A stretch of 64,000 nt of DNA from a virus: positions 15,298 through 79,297 of the IMG/VR virus record IMGVR_UViG_3300030430_004991. One strand, 5' to 3'. The position numbers and the translations under genes were made by a program. Below the pieces are notes generated by a model, which was not told where the DNA came from, ran no database searches, and was given only the letters and a program-made list of their open reading frames with translations. Of the stretch, positions 26,833-37,084 are shown one piece after another (the first letter of the stretch is position 1; every line of letters starts with the position of its first letter).

Positions 26833-29800
26833 CTATACTCCAAAAATCTCTGAGGCTGTTGGGAAAGTTATTGCTGGAACAAATCCGCTATCGCCGTCTA
26901 TAACGACTGAGGAACTTAAAATCCCTGTTGGGTCTGCGTATCCGTACATTCTTTGCTTTCCGCTTGTTATACTATAATTACTTCCTAATGTAGAAGTTAT
27001 CCACTTATATTGAAAGTCTGATCTTGGTATGGGAGAACTAATGTACATGTTGTCGTATCTCTTAACAAAAACAGGTGCTAGTACTGTTGAAGTATCACTT
27101 GGTCTTTTACTTTCATTTCTCTGTTGCTTATGGAATGAGGGATCTGGGTTTGCTTGCTCCAACGGCTCTGAGCCTAGTTCGGAGGCGTATCGAGGATCAA
27201 TTCCAAATTTTCCGGAATGACGAGATAGAAGCGCTTTAAGACCATCTCTAGCGCTTCTATGATCGTTGACTCGGATTGTACCGGCTTCTCCTGAGCCTCC
27301 AAAATTGTAGAAGTCAGAGCCATCTGCGGATGCAGATACTCGAACAGCAATTCCTCGAACTGACATATTTCTGTAGTTAAGATTATTGTAAACAGAAAAT
27401 TCTTGTGAGTATGCGTCTAGGAAACCATAGCTTAATGTATCTATTGAACCTGGTGCAGAAAAGCGAGAAGATATAATGGTTTTAGTTACGCTGCTTGTGA
27501 TTTTAGTTGTTGTATTTAAATATCCAGTTTCAAACTGATCTGGAGTAAATGGTGTAACTATTAAATTACTAAAATCAGTTCTGGTTTCTGTTGCTGCGAC
27601 AGTGACATTACTTCCTGTATATTGAACTAAGGAAAAGAATCCTAGTGTAGTTGATGGTGGGAATGGAACCTCTCTATACGATACCTGCCAACTAGTGAAA
27701 GAAGATGACAACGAAGAAGACAGTTCATTGAAAAATACCGTATTTGATTTGGCGGGACCAAAGGGATTATTGCCTGTAGTAAAGAAAAAATCTTGATCAT
27801 AATTGGAGTCAATTTGTAGGTCGTTATTTCCAGTCCCAAAACTAGAAGAAATAGTATAAGTAGGGGAACCATGTGTTGTTAGAGCATTACCACTAGAATA
27901 ACTCCCCAAAGTCGCCCAATAATCTTCATATCCATATTTATACCAATCGATTATCTGCGAGGAACTTGGATGTGTTTTTGGATTATTCCAATTTCCGTTT
28001 GCATACAATATGTTTATATCTTCTTGTGTAAGTAGTTTGTTCCATACCACAACATCTTGAAAGCCCATTTCTTGATCTAACCGCAGATGTAATCTATCAA
28101 TACTGGGTGCCGTTCCGCCCGGGGCACCATAGCCGGTTCCGGAAATCTCGGTACCATTTTTCCAAACTCTGGGAACGAAAGAAGGTTTTGTTAAGTCTTG
28201 AGTGTTAAAGTGAATTACAAAATGCTGCCACTGATCCGACTCCGATCCGATGTCCGTGGAAAATGTAGCGGTGCCAAAACCACCACCAGTATTAAAATAA
28301 ATTACTTGAATTTTTGTTTGAGTAAATAATACCCTATGTCTATCATTTGCACCAGCCATCCACAAAATTTTTGACTCACAGCCGGCGCCAACATCACCAG
28401 TATACAGCCAAAATGATAACGAAACTGTATTGGTAAAGCCGCTGTAGGCGTTATTATTAGCTCTATTTGAATTAGTAAAAGTAGGATTTTGTGGTGCACG
28501 GAATGCTAGTCCTAAAGATCCTGTTCTAAGAATCAAATTGGCGGTTGGAAAAGCTATTGCATTGTGTGGATCGTTTACTTCAGTAAGATGTGTTACGCCT
28601 CCGCCTGTTATTTCTAGACTTGTTCCTGAGTCTGCGGTTATATCTGATACTTCGTCTAGAAAAAACTTTATAGAGGCATTGGTTTCCGGAAACAGGACTT
28701 CTGGTCTGTCGTTTAGAATGTTTGAATCACCGATTCCAAATACATTTCCAGATGGTGTGTTTGTTATGCCAATCAAAGTTTGATAGTTAGTTGTTGCTGG
28801 TAATATCTCTCCGATCTCAGAAGGAACAAACGTATGAGTGTTAACATACTTTCTAAAGAATAAATTATTTTGCTGCTTATTGGTTCCAGCGCTTATAATT
28901 TCGTAATTTTTGTAGTAATTTCCATGATTAATACTTGATGTAGTAGTTTGTATGTTAGAGATGTTAAACGCGCGTTTTGTTCGGCCATCTCTATACAATA
29001 CAGCAGATTTTTTGGCAGCATCGGGGTACTTATTGGTTGCTCTTGTTACGCCGTATTGCGGATCGACAATACCAAAAGCACCGTCAGAATCGCCACCATC
29101 ATTTTCAACAAACCTCAGGAGCCACCCTTCTGCTCTCGTATATTGATTGTGAAGGTTGTTTGGAGTTGGGCCACCAATGTCATCATCATTTAATGTTGGA
29201 TCAAACCGGTTTAGGTCAATGTGTCTAGATTGGTGACCGCCGACCCATTGATTAGTAAACGGACCTTGTAATGGTACATCATTTGAAAAATCGGTCGTGT
29301 CAGAATGAATATTTGTAACATAAGCACCTGATCTGTATCCGCTAGCGAAACTAGAATTGTAACCACCGATAGTGCCTGAGAAGATATCAAAAGGTAAATT
29401 GTGTGCACCCTTGAGCGCATAGTTGTAAGACGCACTATCATTTATGGGAGCAAAAGTGCCTCCGTTTCCACCACCAGCGAATTTACCAACAAACACTGTT
29501 GTATTAAATTTTTTCTTTTCATTGGGTACCTCAACATCACTACATGTATTTGCTGGTAGTTCTATCCCCTGTCCTGGTCCGGCACCCACTATAAGAACAT
29601 TAACAGGGATACCCAAGGATGTTAGTCTGGAGCCACGATTTACAGCGTTCCAAATGTAGTCTCTGTTTTTTTGAAGATTATAGTTGATACCGGGATGTAT
29701 AGTTTGACTGATTGTAGAGCCAACTCGATAAGTGTTTGTAAATCTTCTTATAGCATAAGTTGAGCCAAAATAAGATGTTCTATCTTGATTACCTAAAACT

Positions 29801-32800
29801 GTAGGTTGAGCATTGTTGTCATTAACAATAACTTTTCTTATACTTTCTCGGGCTTCTTGCGTTCTTTCTTTTCTTTCTTTTTGCCAAACACAATTGTTGT
29901 TGTCACCACCTTCTATTGGTGCATGTCCAAATTGCCATTTATATTTAAGTTCCCCAACGCCTTTTACTCTACCCTCTGTAGCAGTATGTATTGACGTCAG
30001 CGGAAATTTACTTTGATATTTGTTTCTTTCAAAAATGTGCGACTCAACGACATCTGAGATACCTTTTGAAAATCTTACACTCACTGGAAAAAGTTGGGAC
30101 ACCATAAAAGAAACTGATGAATCAATCCACTTAAAATACTCACTAAATCTGTCGAAATCAGGATCTGCTTCGACATCTTCAAAGAATAGTCTTCTAACTA
30201 GATCAAGTTTTTTATAGTTAATTCTGTACCTGTCAATCGCCTCGCCCATAAGATTTGACATTTCTTGAATTGTTGAAAGGCTTCTTAGCATCTCTTCTGA
30301 GATCACTTGATACATGCTTTTTTCTAGAGAGTAGAAATTATCTGAGACATCCTCGTCTTCGATAAAGAATTCTTGCTCTTCGCCCTCGATGGTAACTCTA
30401 TCAGAAGAGTAAGAAATTTCCGGTAATTCTTTCTTGGAAGAATAAACAATTTCATTATCTACCACACTCGTGCTAGAATTTGGAAACCCAAAGCCCTTAG
30501 CTCGATGCTCTCTTCTGATAATCTTATCCATCCACCCGTATCTATTGTCTAAAGATCCACTAGACGCATCAATCACAATGAATTCACCGGAACCATCTGA
30601 TGTCGTTACGGTTTCAAAGTCCCAATCCGCTGTTAATAGTTCGTATGACGGAACTTCAACTTGAGACAAGTCTTTACCAAAAATAGTTGATGCCCTAGAG
30701 GCTTTTTTATTTCCTTTTCCTCCAACATCCAAGTTATGAAGTTTTATTGTTTCATCAGAGAGATAATCGTACCAAAGATTAAAGCGTCCTATTTTCAAGT
30801 CGGTTTGCTCTAAAACACTTCCTGTGAAGTTTGTTCTGTGTGCGCCAATGAAAAATCTTTTTGCATTTGACAAGTAAGATGAACCATTTGCGTAGTTTAA
30901 ACTTTGCGTTAAAGAAAACTCATTTTTAACAGTATCAAAAGCATGATTTACTCCATAGAATTCCAACTGATAGGTTCTGTTTGATGCTGTAATTACATTA
31001 CCAGCGATTGGATAATCAACCGGTTTTACACTAACTGCTAAATTCCAGAGTTCATTCGAATAGATTTCTTTGTAAAATGGTGTCTCAAGACTAAAAGTTC
31101 CAGCGTAATCCTTTAAAACAAATTTAGCAGTTGAAGATTCTAGCTCATCTCTAACCAAATAAACTTGAAAATTTGCTGTATCTGGGGAGGCCCAGGTGTA
31201 GTCAGCACTACTTTCTAGTGCTTGATGCATTCCGAAAACAGAAGCAGATTGAAACGGTGTAACAAAATAACCATCAGCAGGAAATTTAATTTTACTTGGT
31301 ATCATAATTGACACTTCGCTAGTGAATGCATTATATTGTTCTAGTTTTTCTGCGCCGGAACCTGAGATGTAAGTTAAGGAATGATTCGTGGAAGATGTTT
31401 GAAATAATGTAGCATCTAAATGTGTTTCTCTATTAAAGTTTATAAACTTTTTATTGCTTACTGTATGTTTAAATGCATCGGTAAAATAGTGTTTACCATG
31501 GTCTGTGTAGATGTTTAATTTTACAATTTCATCATCTATACCAAAACACCTTAGCATGTTTCTTATAGAACTCTCCGTTCCTTTTTGTTTAAAAATATCT
31601 TCTAAATTGTTGTATATGTTCGTGTAGATCTGATTTTTTATATCTACAATTTTCTCTTCGTATTGTACTTGGTTTAAGTCTCTATCCCCAAAAGCCTCTA
31701 GTACATTTGCATCTATAAAAAGATCCGGCACCACTAATCCTTTTTCTTCTAGAAGACGATCTGCGAAAGGAAGTGGTTTATAGCTAGAACTAGGATAGAC
31801 TTTGTTTTTTAAACTTGGTAGAGCAGTAATTTGTGAGTGTAATGTATCAAAATAACTCGCTATTATTTGAAATAAGTACTTTGTTGCCTTCCCGGAAACT
31901 TGGTCTTCTTCTCTTATCCATTGCGGGATTTTAGTGTAAAGTAAAGCGGGGTTTTCAACATCATGTTTTTTACCCGCGCTAGCCAGTTCTGTTTTTAAAG
32001 CAGCAACATCCGGGTGGGCACTATAAATAATTGGATCTTTTGGTTCACTTGCAAGAAGACCAGACTCTACAAAAGCAGAGCTAGTTAATCTTGCGCCGTC
32101 ACTATAGCCAGTCCAAGTTCCATTTGCGAGACGACCTGAGTAATCTAGGACGACGGAATCAATCGCAGTATTCCCTACGATGCCTTCATTAAATTTGTAA
32201 TAAATGCCCAAAAGAGTATTGGCATCATCGGTATTTGTGCCACCACCAACATGTCGATACCAATTGTTGTAAATTTCTTCTGAGGATCTTCGTGTCTTCC
32301 AGTATCGAAAATCATCTAAACTTGCACTTAACGTGCCGGCAGCAACAAGATTGACACCATGAAAAACATTTCCTGATGGCGCTGTTTGTAGAGCGCCGAT
32401 GTAACCATTAATTAATCCTCGAATTTCATCAATGCCTGCAGATCCTAGGGATTTGCTTTCATTTAAATCTCCATCTATGTAAAGTCTTGATGTGGTTCCC
32501 GTTGAAGCCGATACAAATGATAAGGCATAGTGATGCCAATCCGCTAACGATGAAGTTGTAACTGTTGCTGTTCCGATTGCTTCCTCATAGAAACCAGTTG
32601 TCCCAGATTGCATTGTTACGATAAAAGTATCAGTCCCTGTTGCTGTACCAGAAAGAGCCAAAGTAAAACGACCATAGTTTGCTGATGATGATAGTTCACC
32701 ATTCCACAAGTCTACAATAATTTCTTTTTCTGTTCTAGAGTTGTCAAATGCTTCTTTTTTTAACCAAAATTCTGTCGTTAGTCCTTGTGGTATGTTCATC

Positions 32801-33309
32801 CTTAGGCTACTAACTCTTCGCTTAGCTGCATCATAAACAACAGATTTATCAAATGTTTGCTGCAATGGTTTTGTTGTCATGTTGTCTGCTACATGAAGAC
32901 CGCCTCGCACGTAAATGTACTCTGGGGTGGGGTTGGTACCAAAGCCTTGCGTCTTTGTTCCGCCTGCTGAAGGTCCAGAAATTTTGATGTGACCATTTGT
33001 CTTAGGGTATCTTTGCTCAAAAATGTATTTATCTAGATAAGATGATGACAATTCAAATTGAAGTTTTTCATTTTCTGATCCATCGTACGGATAGTTGTCA
33101 TAAATTCTTTCGATCGAATTGTTATAATATTCTTCTGCGGATCCAAACTTCGCAAAATTTGAGGCACTAGAAAAATCAATGAAAGGATAGAATGTTTCAT
33201 TACGCTTGTTTGTAGTAAGTGCTAGATCTTTCGACTCTATGTGCTTACTACCAGAAATTGCACTTTCAAACGTTTTTGTTTTGTTGTTAAATAAACTTTT
33301 AATACTCAT
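26833..33309 (-). CDS. large baseplate wedge-like protein with LamG/concanavalin-A domains
   Basis: LamG patterns (TTEFWLK..WHHYAL..LYIDG..DDFRYW; SLSFWL..WQHFVI..VWKNG..DVVVWN) and a KGTESSIR motif typical of P2 gpI / gp7-type wedge proteins; follows gp6. Confidence 0.7.
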   Translation of the reverse strand: MSIKSLFNNKTKTFESAISGSKHIESKDLALTTNKRNETFYPFIDFSSASNFAKFGSAEEYYNNSIERIYDNYPYDGSENEKLQFELSSSYLDKYIFEQRYPKTNGHIKISGPSAGGTKTQGFGTNPTPEYIYVRGGLHVADNMTTKPLQQTFDKSVVYDAAKRRVSSLRMNIPQGLTTEFWLKKEAFDNSRTEKEIIVDLWNGELSSSANYGRFTLALSGTATGTDTFIVTMQSGTTGFYEEAIGTATVTTSSLADWHHYALSFVSASTGTTSRLYIDGDLNESKSLGSAGIDEIRGLINGYIGALQTAPSGNVFHGVNLVAAGTLSASLDDFRYWKTRRSSEEIYNNWYRHVGGGTNTDDANTLLGIYYKFNEGIVGNTAIDSVVLDYSGRLANGTWTGYSDGARLTSSAFVESGLLASEPKDPIIYSAHPDVAALKTELASAGKKHDVENPALLYTKIPQWIREEDQVSGKATKYLFQIIASYFDTLHSQITALPSLKNKVYPSSSYKPLPFADRLLEEKGLVVPDLFIDANVLEAFGDRDLNQVQYEEKIVDIKNQIYTNIYNNLEDIFKQKGTESSIRNMLRCFGIDDEIVKLNIYTDHGKHYFTDAFKHTVSNKKFINFNRETHLDATLFQTSSTNHSLTYISGSGAEKLEQYNAFTSEVSIMIPSKIKFPADGYFVTPFQSASVFGMHQALESSADYTWASPDTANFQVYLVRDELESSTAKFVLKDYAGTFSLETPFYKEIYSNELWNLAVSVKPVDYPIAGNVITASNRTYQLEFYGVNHAFDTVKNEFSLTQSLNYANGSSYLSNAKRFFIGAHRTNFTGSVLEQTDLKIGRFNLWYDYLSDETIKLHNLDVGGKGNKKASRASTIFGKDLSQVEVPSYELLTADWDFETVTTSDGSGEFIVIDASSGSLDNRYGWMDKIIRREHRAKGFGFPNSSTSVVDNEIVYSSKKELPEISYSSDRVTIEGEEQEFFIEDEDVSDNFYSLEKSMYQVISEEMLRSLSTIQEMSNLMGEAIDRYRINYKKLDLVRRLFFEDVEADPDFDRFSEYFKWIDSSVSFMVSQLFPVSVRFSKGISDVVESHIFERNKYQSKFPLTSIHTATEGRVKGVGELKYKWQFGHAPIEGGDNNNCVWQKERKERTQEARESIRKVIVNDNNAQPTVLGNQDRTSYFGSTYAIRRFTNTYRVGSTISQTIHPGINYNLQKNRDYIWNAVNRGSRLTSLGIPVNVLIVGAGPGQGIELPANTCSDVEVPNEKKKFNTTVFVGKFAGGGNGGTFAPINDSASYNYALKGAHNLPFDIFSGTIGGYNSSFASGYRSGAYVTNIHSDTTDFSNDVPLQGPFTNQWVGGHQSRHIDLNRFDPTLNDDDIGGPTPNNLHNQYTRAEGWLLRFVENDGGDSDGAFGIVDPQYGVTRATNKYPDAAKKSAVLYRDGRTKRAFNISNIQTTTSSINHGNYYKNYEIISAGTNKQQNNLFFRKYVNTHTFVPSEIGEILPATTNYQTLIGITNTPSGNVFGIGDSNILNDRPEVLFPETNASIKFFLDEVSDITADSGTSLEITGGGVTHLTEVNDPHNAIAFPTANLILRTGSLGLAFRAPQNPTFTNSNRANNNAYSGFTNTVSLSFWLYTGDVGAGCESKILWMAGANDRHRVLFTQTKIQVIYFNTGGGFGTATFSTDIGSESDQWQHFVIHFNTQDLTKPSFVPRVWKNGTEISGTGYGAPGGTAPSIDRLHLRLDQEMGFQDVVVWNKLLTQEDINILYANGNWNNPKTHPSSSQIIDWYKYGYEDYWATLGSYSSGNALTTHGSPTYTISSSFGTGNNDLQIDSNYDQDFFFTTGNNPFGPAKSNTVFFNELSSSLSSSFTSWQVSYREVPFPPSTTLGFFSLVQYTGSNVTVAATETRTDFSNLIVTPFTPDQFETGYLNTTTKITSSVTKTIISSRFSAPGSIDTLSYGFLDAYSQEFSVYNNLNYRNMSVRGIAVRVSASADGSDFYNFGGSGEAGTIRVNDHRSARDGLKALLSRHSGKFGIDPRYASELGSEPLEQANPDPSFHKQQRNESKRPSDTSTVLAPVFVKRYDNMYISSPIPRSDFQYKWITSTLGSNYSITSGKQRMYGYADPTGILSSSVVIDGDSGFVPAITFPTASEIFGV

Positions 33310-34813
33310 CTTGCTCTACTCTGATTTTGAATGTATACGGCTGTTCTCTATAAGAAGAAAGCGAGTCTTCATAAAAAGAAAGTTTCATTTCGTATGTATA
33401 TCCTTCTTCTAATAAATCCATATCTAAATCAAAGTAATTACCATCAGAATCATAAGATAGCATTGTTTCTGCTGTTGAGCCAGTTCCATAGGGAATAACG
33501 ATTTTTTTATCTGATGCTCTTGTGATTTGATAAGACGCACTTTCTATCAGTAGATTTTCTGGTGCTGTTTTCGCCGTAGTATAAACATTAGGCGACCAAT
33601 TTTTTTCTCTCACAAAAAGTCTGAACCTTTCAGTTTGACCTCTACTGTATTTTGGCTTAAGATTTTTAATGCTTACAACATATTTTGTGTTTGGATTGTA
33701 GTTTGAAAATGAGTGCTCTTTTGGTATTATTACTGATCCTGTGTGTAATTCGCTCCCACTCATGGTCCAAACGTCAACTAGATAGGGGTATGTCGCCGTT
33801 ACTGCGCTTGCTGTCACAGAAAAAGTTGCTTTATAAATACCCCTGGACTCTCGTGAAGCGCTTAGAAAATTCACCGCAGTGTTAGAAGAATCTCGAAAAT
33901 AACGCGCAGTACCTTCGGGCACAGACCCTGAGGAGTAATAAAGATTTAAAACCGGTATTGCGCTGGAATCTCCTGAAATGTCGCGAAGATTTCCACGAAT
34001 GTAGTTATACAAGTAAAGTGTATTTAAGTTTTCAACTGCTGGTGCCAAAGAAGAACTGAGATAAAAATTTGCCCTATTATCTTTCCTAGTCGAATCCCAA
34101 CGAGCCTCCAACACAGGACGGCTAAAGTAAAACTCTGATGATCTTGCGAAAAACTTCTTTGTGTAGTAAGAAAATTGGGCCCCCTCTGGGTTTGAAGACG
34201 ACGAGGCTTCGTATGATGCTGAAAGGTGCACTCCGAAGCCATAGTTTTCTTTTGTACCAAGTATCCATTGTTCGACCAAAGTTGTTACATTTACTTCTAA
34301 ATCTTCATCTCCCTCGTCAAAAGAAGCAGAATAAATTGGAGAATCATGGTAATCACCACCAGCGCTTGTCCAACGACCATCATCAGCACTAGAAGATTGT
34401 CTTGCTTGGATCCAGTTTGATCCTATTCCGTTATAAGTTATGTCAGAGTAGTTTTCCATGTCTAAGCCGTTACCTTCTTGCCATGAAGATGATACTGCCA
34501 ACACGTCTAATTTGTAATTTTTTGGAAGAGTGTGAGGGTGCCTAGCATTAAACATTTTGAGGAAAAACGAGACTTTTCCAGATTGTGGTATTAACTCTGC
34601 TTCTCTGTCTGCTTTAATCTCTTCAATTACAGGGAATTGAAGTATAATTCTTGCCAACTCGGTTGAAGTTGCGCTTTCTTGTGCGTAAATTGAAAAAGTT
34701 TCCAATATGTCGGCTTGACCCATGTTGGAGCCAGTTGCACGAACTACTAAGTTGTCTTGGAATGCATTGGTGATTGTATTATCAGCATTCGCGAAATATC
34801 TTTTTATGGCCAT
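33299..34813 (-). CDS. virion structural protein (DNRLRE-like domain)
   Basis: ADNTI..N.G...RIILQF...W.EG.G...VTTLVEQW...N.GF...RPVLE pattern. Confidence 0.55.
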   Translation of the reverse strand: MAIKRYFANADNTITNAFQDNLVVRATGSNMGQADILETFSIYAQESATSTELARIILQFPVIEEIKADREAELIPQSGKVSFFLKMFNARHPHTLPKNYKLDVLAVSSSWQEGNGLDMENYSDITYNGIGSNWIQARQSSSADDGRWTSAGGDYHDSPIYSASFDEGDEDLEVNVTTLVEQWILGTKENYGFGVHLSASYEASSSSNPEGAQFSYYTKKFFARSSEFYFSRPVLEARWDSTRKDNRANFYLSSSLAPAVENLNTLYLYNYIRGNLRDISGDSSAIPVLNLYYSSGSVPEGTARYFRDSSNTAVNFLSASRESRGIYKATFSVTASAVTATYPYLVDVWTMSGSELHTGSVIIPKEHSFSNYNPNTKYVVSIKNLKPKYSRGQTERFRLFVREKNWSPNVYTTAKTAPENLLIESASYQITRASDKKIVIPYGTGSTAETMLSYDSDGNYFDLDMDLLEEGYTYEMKLSFYEDSLSSYREQPYTFKIRVEQDEY

Positions 34814-36612
34814 TACTTTGCTATTCCTTTAATGTCGTTGTCTGGAAATTTTAGTTCCAAGATTGAATTATTTGGTGTATGATAAAAAGTACCATCTTTA
34901 GATAAAATTTTATCCATATCTAGAGAAACGTCCGAGTATACGCCACCTGTTTTGTTTTCAATTTTTACTTTTCTAACATCTAGAACGCCATCAACTCTAT
35001 TCAAAATAGAATAAATTCTGGTTATATATAATGGCTCTCCGATATAAAATTTGTCAGCATATAGCTGCTTTACCTCTTCTATACACTCAACCAATACAGC
35101 ATCTTTAGAAAACTTTTTATCTACCATGACAGTAAATTCAATCTGTAAATTTATTACTTTTGGATCATAAATTTCAATTTGATCATTTAAAGACCTGTAC
35201 TGATTAAGATAATTTTTTATGTTATTTTTTGTAACAGAATTAGTTTTAGTTAAGTTTCCTTCATTATCTTGAGAAATTAAATATAGAGAAATTTTTCTGT
35301 TGCTCGATGAAGGATCATTAACTATATTTGCGCGCGATACCGCACCAAATTTTCGAGGCATGCTGTAGACTAGAGACTCATAGTCTTGTTTAGTAACTGC
35401 TCTGCCTTGAGATGCATAGTTGGATTTTGCTCTCTGCTTTAATTCTTCTACCGATATGTCGACATCTATAGATGTTATTGGGTCTTCATTGTTTACCTCT
35501 AAAGAGTTTTCTACAAAACTCCTTTGTGAATCTGTTAAAACAGAGATGTCTTTAAAGATCATGTTGCGCGCATTTACTTGGTTAATAGAATTAGCTGGTA
35601 CATTTGTAGTCTCTGGTGCATTTGATCTATAGATTATTGTAAGTTCTGTGTTGTGCGGAGAAATTCCTAGCTTATTTGTTGTTATTAGCTTAGATGGATC
35701 AAATGATTTTTTACTGATGTAATCTTTACCTTGCATTTTTAGTGCGACACGAGATGGGTCAGTTATTCCGTCATTGTCAGTGTTCTCTGATCCAAATCCG
35801 AATTGTAAAAATGTACCGGTGTCATCTTGTTCTAAAACAAATCTTCGAGCAGTTGCAAATGGCTTAAGTATTGATCTTACACCATCGACTGCGGCATTTT
35901 GATTTGTTGTATCTACAAAAACTACTTCTTGTGACAAATGTTCTACTTCATAGTAACGATTACCTTCACTGTCATAAACAGAAATGATTTCTGATATGTT
36001 GGGCGCACCGACACGGATTTTTTTAAATTTTTCAAATACTGAATTTGTTAGGTCGACAGTGGCCAATTGAAGTATTCCTGATTGGACTTGTCCGTAATTT
36101 CTAACAGCAAAATAAGTTGTTGCACCTGTCGTGGAATTAAAACGTGCCGCCACAATGTCCGATGTCGCATCAGAAAAATTTACATCTTCAGATAGTATAA
36201 AACTACCTCCGTCGGATGTTGTAAATGTTGCCCCCTCTTTTAAAATTGGCAAATAAGAATCATCAGGCGCTGTTCCTTCAGAATTTGCTGGGCATAGTAT
36301 GAACAGCGAAACAATGCCATAAGAAGAAGGTGTTCCAGCAAATTTATAGCCCATAGCTCTAGCATGCTTACGAACATTTTCAAACTCTAGACTGGTGTCT
36401 AGAAAACTTTCATTGACATGATAATCCAGATAATAAGATAAAATATCTCCGGAATAGGCAACTGTGTCCAAAACTAGAGATCCAAAAGAGGCCTCAGAAA
36501 AATCTCGGTATGCATTTGGATAATACCTTTTTGCATATTGCACCAAATCTTCTTTGATGCTTTCAAACTCTCTACTTGTGTATTTTATGGCAACATTTTT
36601 ATTTTTTGGCAT
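34813..36612 (-). CDS. gp6: baseplate wedge protein (T4 gp6 / P2 gpJ-like)
   Basis: YTSREFESIKEDL, DFSEASFG, LSYYLDY..NESFLDT, SQGRAVTKQDYE. Confidence 0.9.
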   Translation of the reverse strand: MPKNKNVAIKYTSREFESIKEDLVQYAKRYYPNAYRDFSEASFGSLVLDTVAYSGDILSYYLDYHVNESFLDTSLEFENVRKHARAMGYKFAGTPSSYGIVSLFILCPANSEGTAPDDSYLPILKEGATFTTSDGGSFILSEDVNFSDATSDIVAARFNSTTGATTYFAVRNYGQVQSGILQLATVDLTNSVFEKFKKIRVGAPNISEIISVYDSEGNRYYEVEHLSQEVVFVDTTNQNAAVDGVRSILKPFATARRFVLEQDDTGTFLQFGFGSENTDNDGITDPSRVALKMQGKDYISKKSFDPSKLITTNKLGISPHNTELTIIYRSNAPETTNVPANSINQVNARNMIFKDISVLTDSQRSFVENSLEVNNEDPITSIDVDISVEELKQRAKSNYASQGRAVTKQDYESLVYSMPRKFGAVSRANIVNDPSSSNRKISLYLISQDNEGNLTKTNSVTKNNIKNYLNQYRSLNDQIEIYDPKVINLQIEFTVMVDKKFSKDAVLVECIEEVKQLYADKFYIGEPLYITRIYSILNRVDGVLDVRKVKIENKTGGVYSDVSLDMDKILSKDGTFYHTPNNSILELKFPDNDIKGIAK

Positions 36613-36633
36613 TTTTAATCCTCACAACTACAG

Positions 36634-36641
36634 TAAGTAGT
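36634..36641 (-). promoter_or_regulatory. putative late promoter ACTACTTA
   Basis: Intergenic, about 21 nt upstream of the gp6 ATG with a GAGG SD; lies in a weak 6-bp stem AACTAC/GTAGTT. Confidence 0.5.
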
Positions 36642-36660
36642 TTTCTTTCTGAATTTGAGT

Positions 36661-37083
36661 TTATACCGGTAAATTCTCTAATGTCTCAGACAATGTTAAA
36701 TCAAAAGTAGACGCGATAGCAGAATCATTGATAAAATAACTTATTTTAATTTGCATAACAGACTCATCTTTACTAAAATTAATTTCTAAATTACTAATCG
36801 TTATGTAGCGCAAAAACGTAGATATCTGAGAAATAATGTTTTCTCTTATTGGCGGCAAAGTCGATGTTCCTAGTTGTATTTGCGATTTCAACTCAAATAA
36901 ATATCTGGATAATCCGACACCAAAATCAGGCAAAGTTATTCTTTCCCCCGGTCTTGTCAACAAAATCATTTTAAGATTTTGATCTACAACTTTTGTTATA
37001 TCTGCTACAGCATGAATTCGATAAGAGCCTGTCTCTTCGTCTATCTCTAATGGAATAATTGGTGCTATTACTTCTGTTGGCAT
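36661..37083 (-). CDS. gp25: baseplate gp25-like (GPW/gp25) protein
   Basis: QNLKMILLTRPGERITLPDFGVGLSRYLFE; start moved to ATG 37083 (GGAGG SD). Confidence 0.88.
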   Translation of the reverse strand: MPTEVIAPIIPLEIDEETGSYRIHAVADITKVVDQNLKMILLTRPGERITLPDFGVGLSRYLFELKSQIQLGTSTLPPIRENIISQISTFLRYITISNLEINFSKDESVMQIKISYFINDSAIASTFDLTLSETLENLPV

Positions 37084-37084
37084 T

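Noticed and set aside
26829-26843. Frameshift or read-through joining the two giant structural ORFs
   Set aside because: TAG-A-ATG with GGAG upstream fits ordinary translational coupling; no slippery site seen
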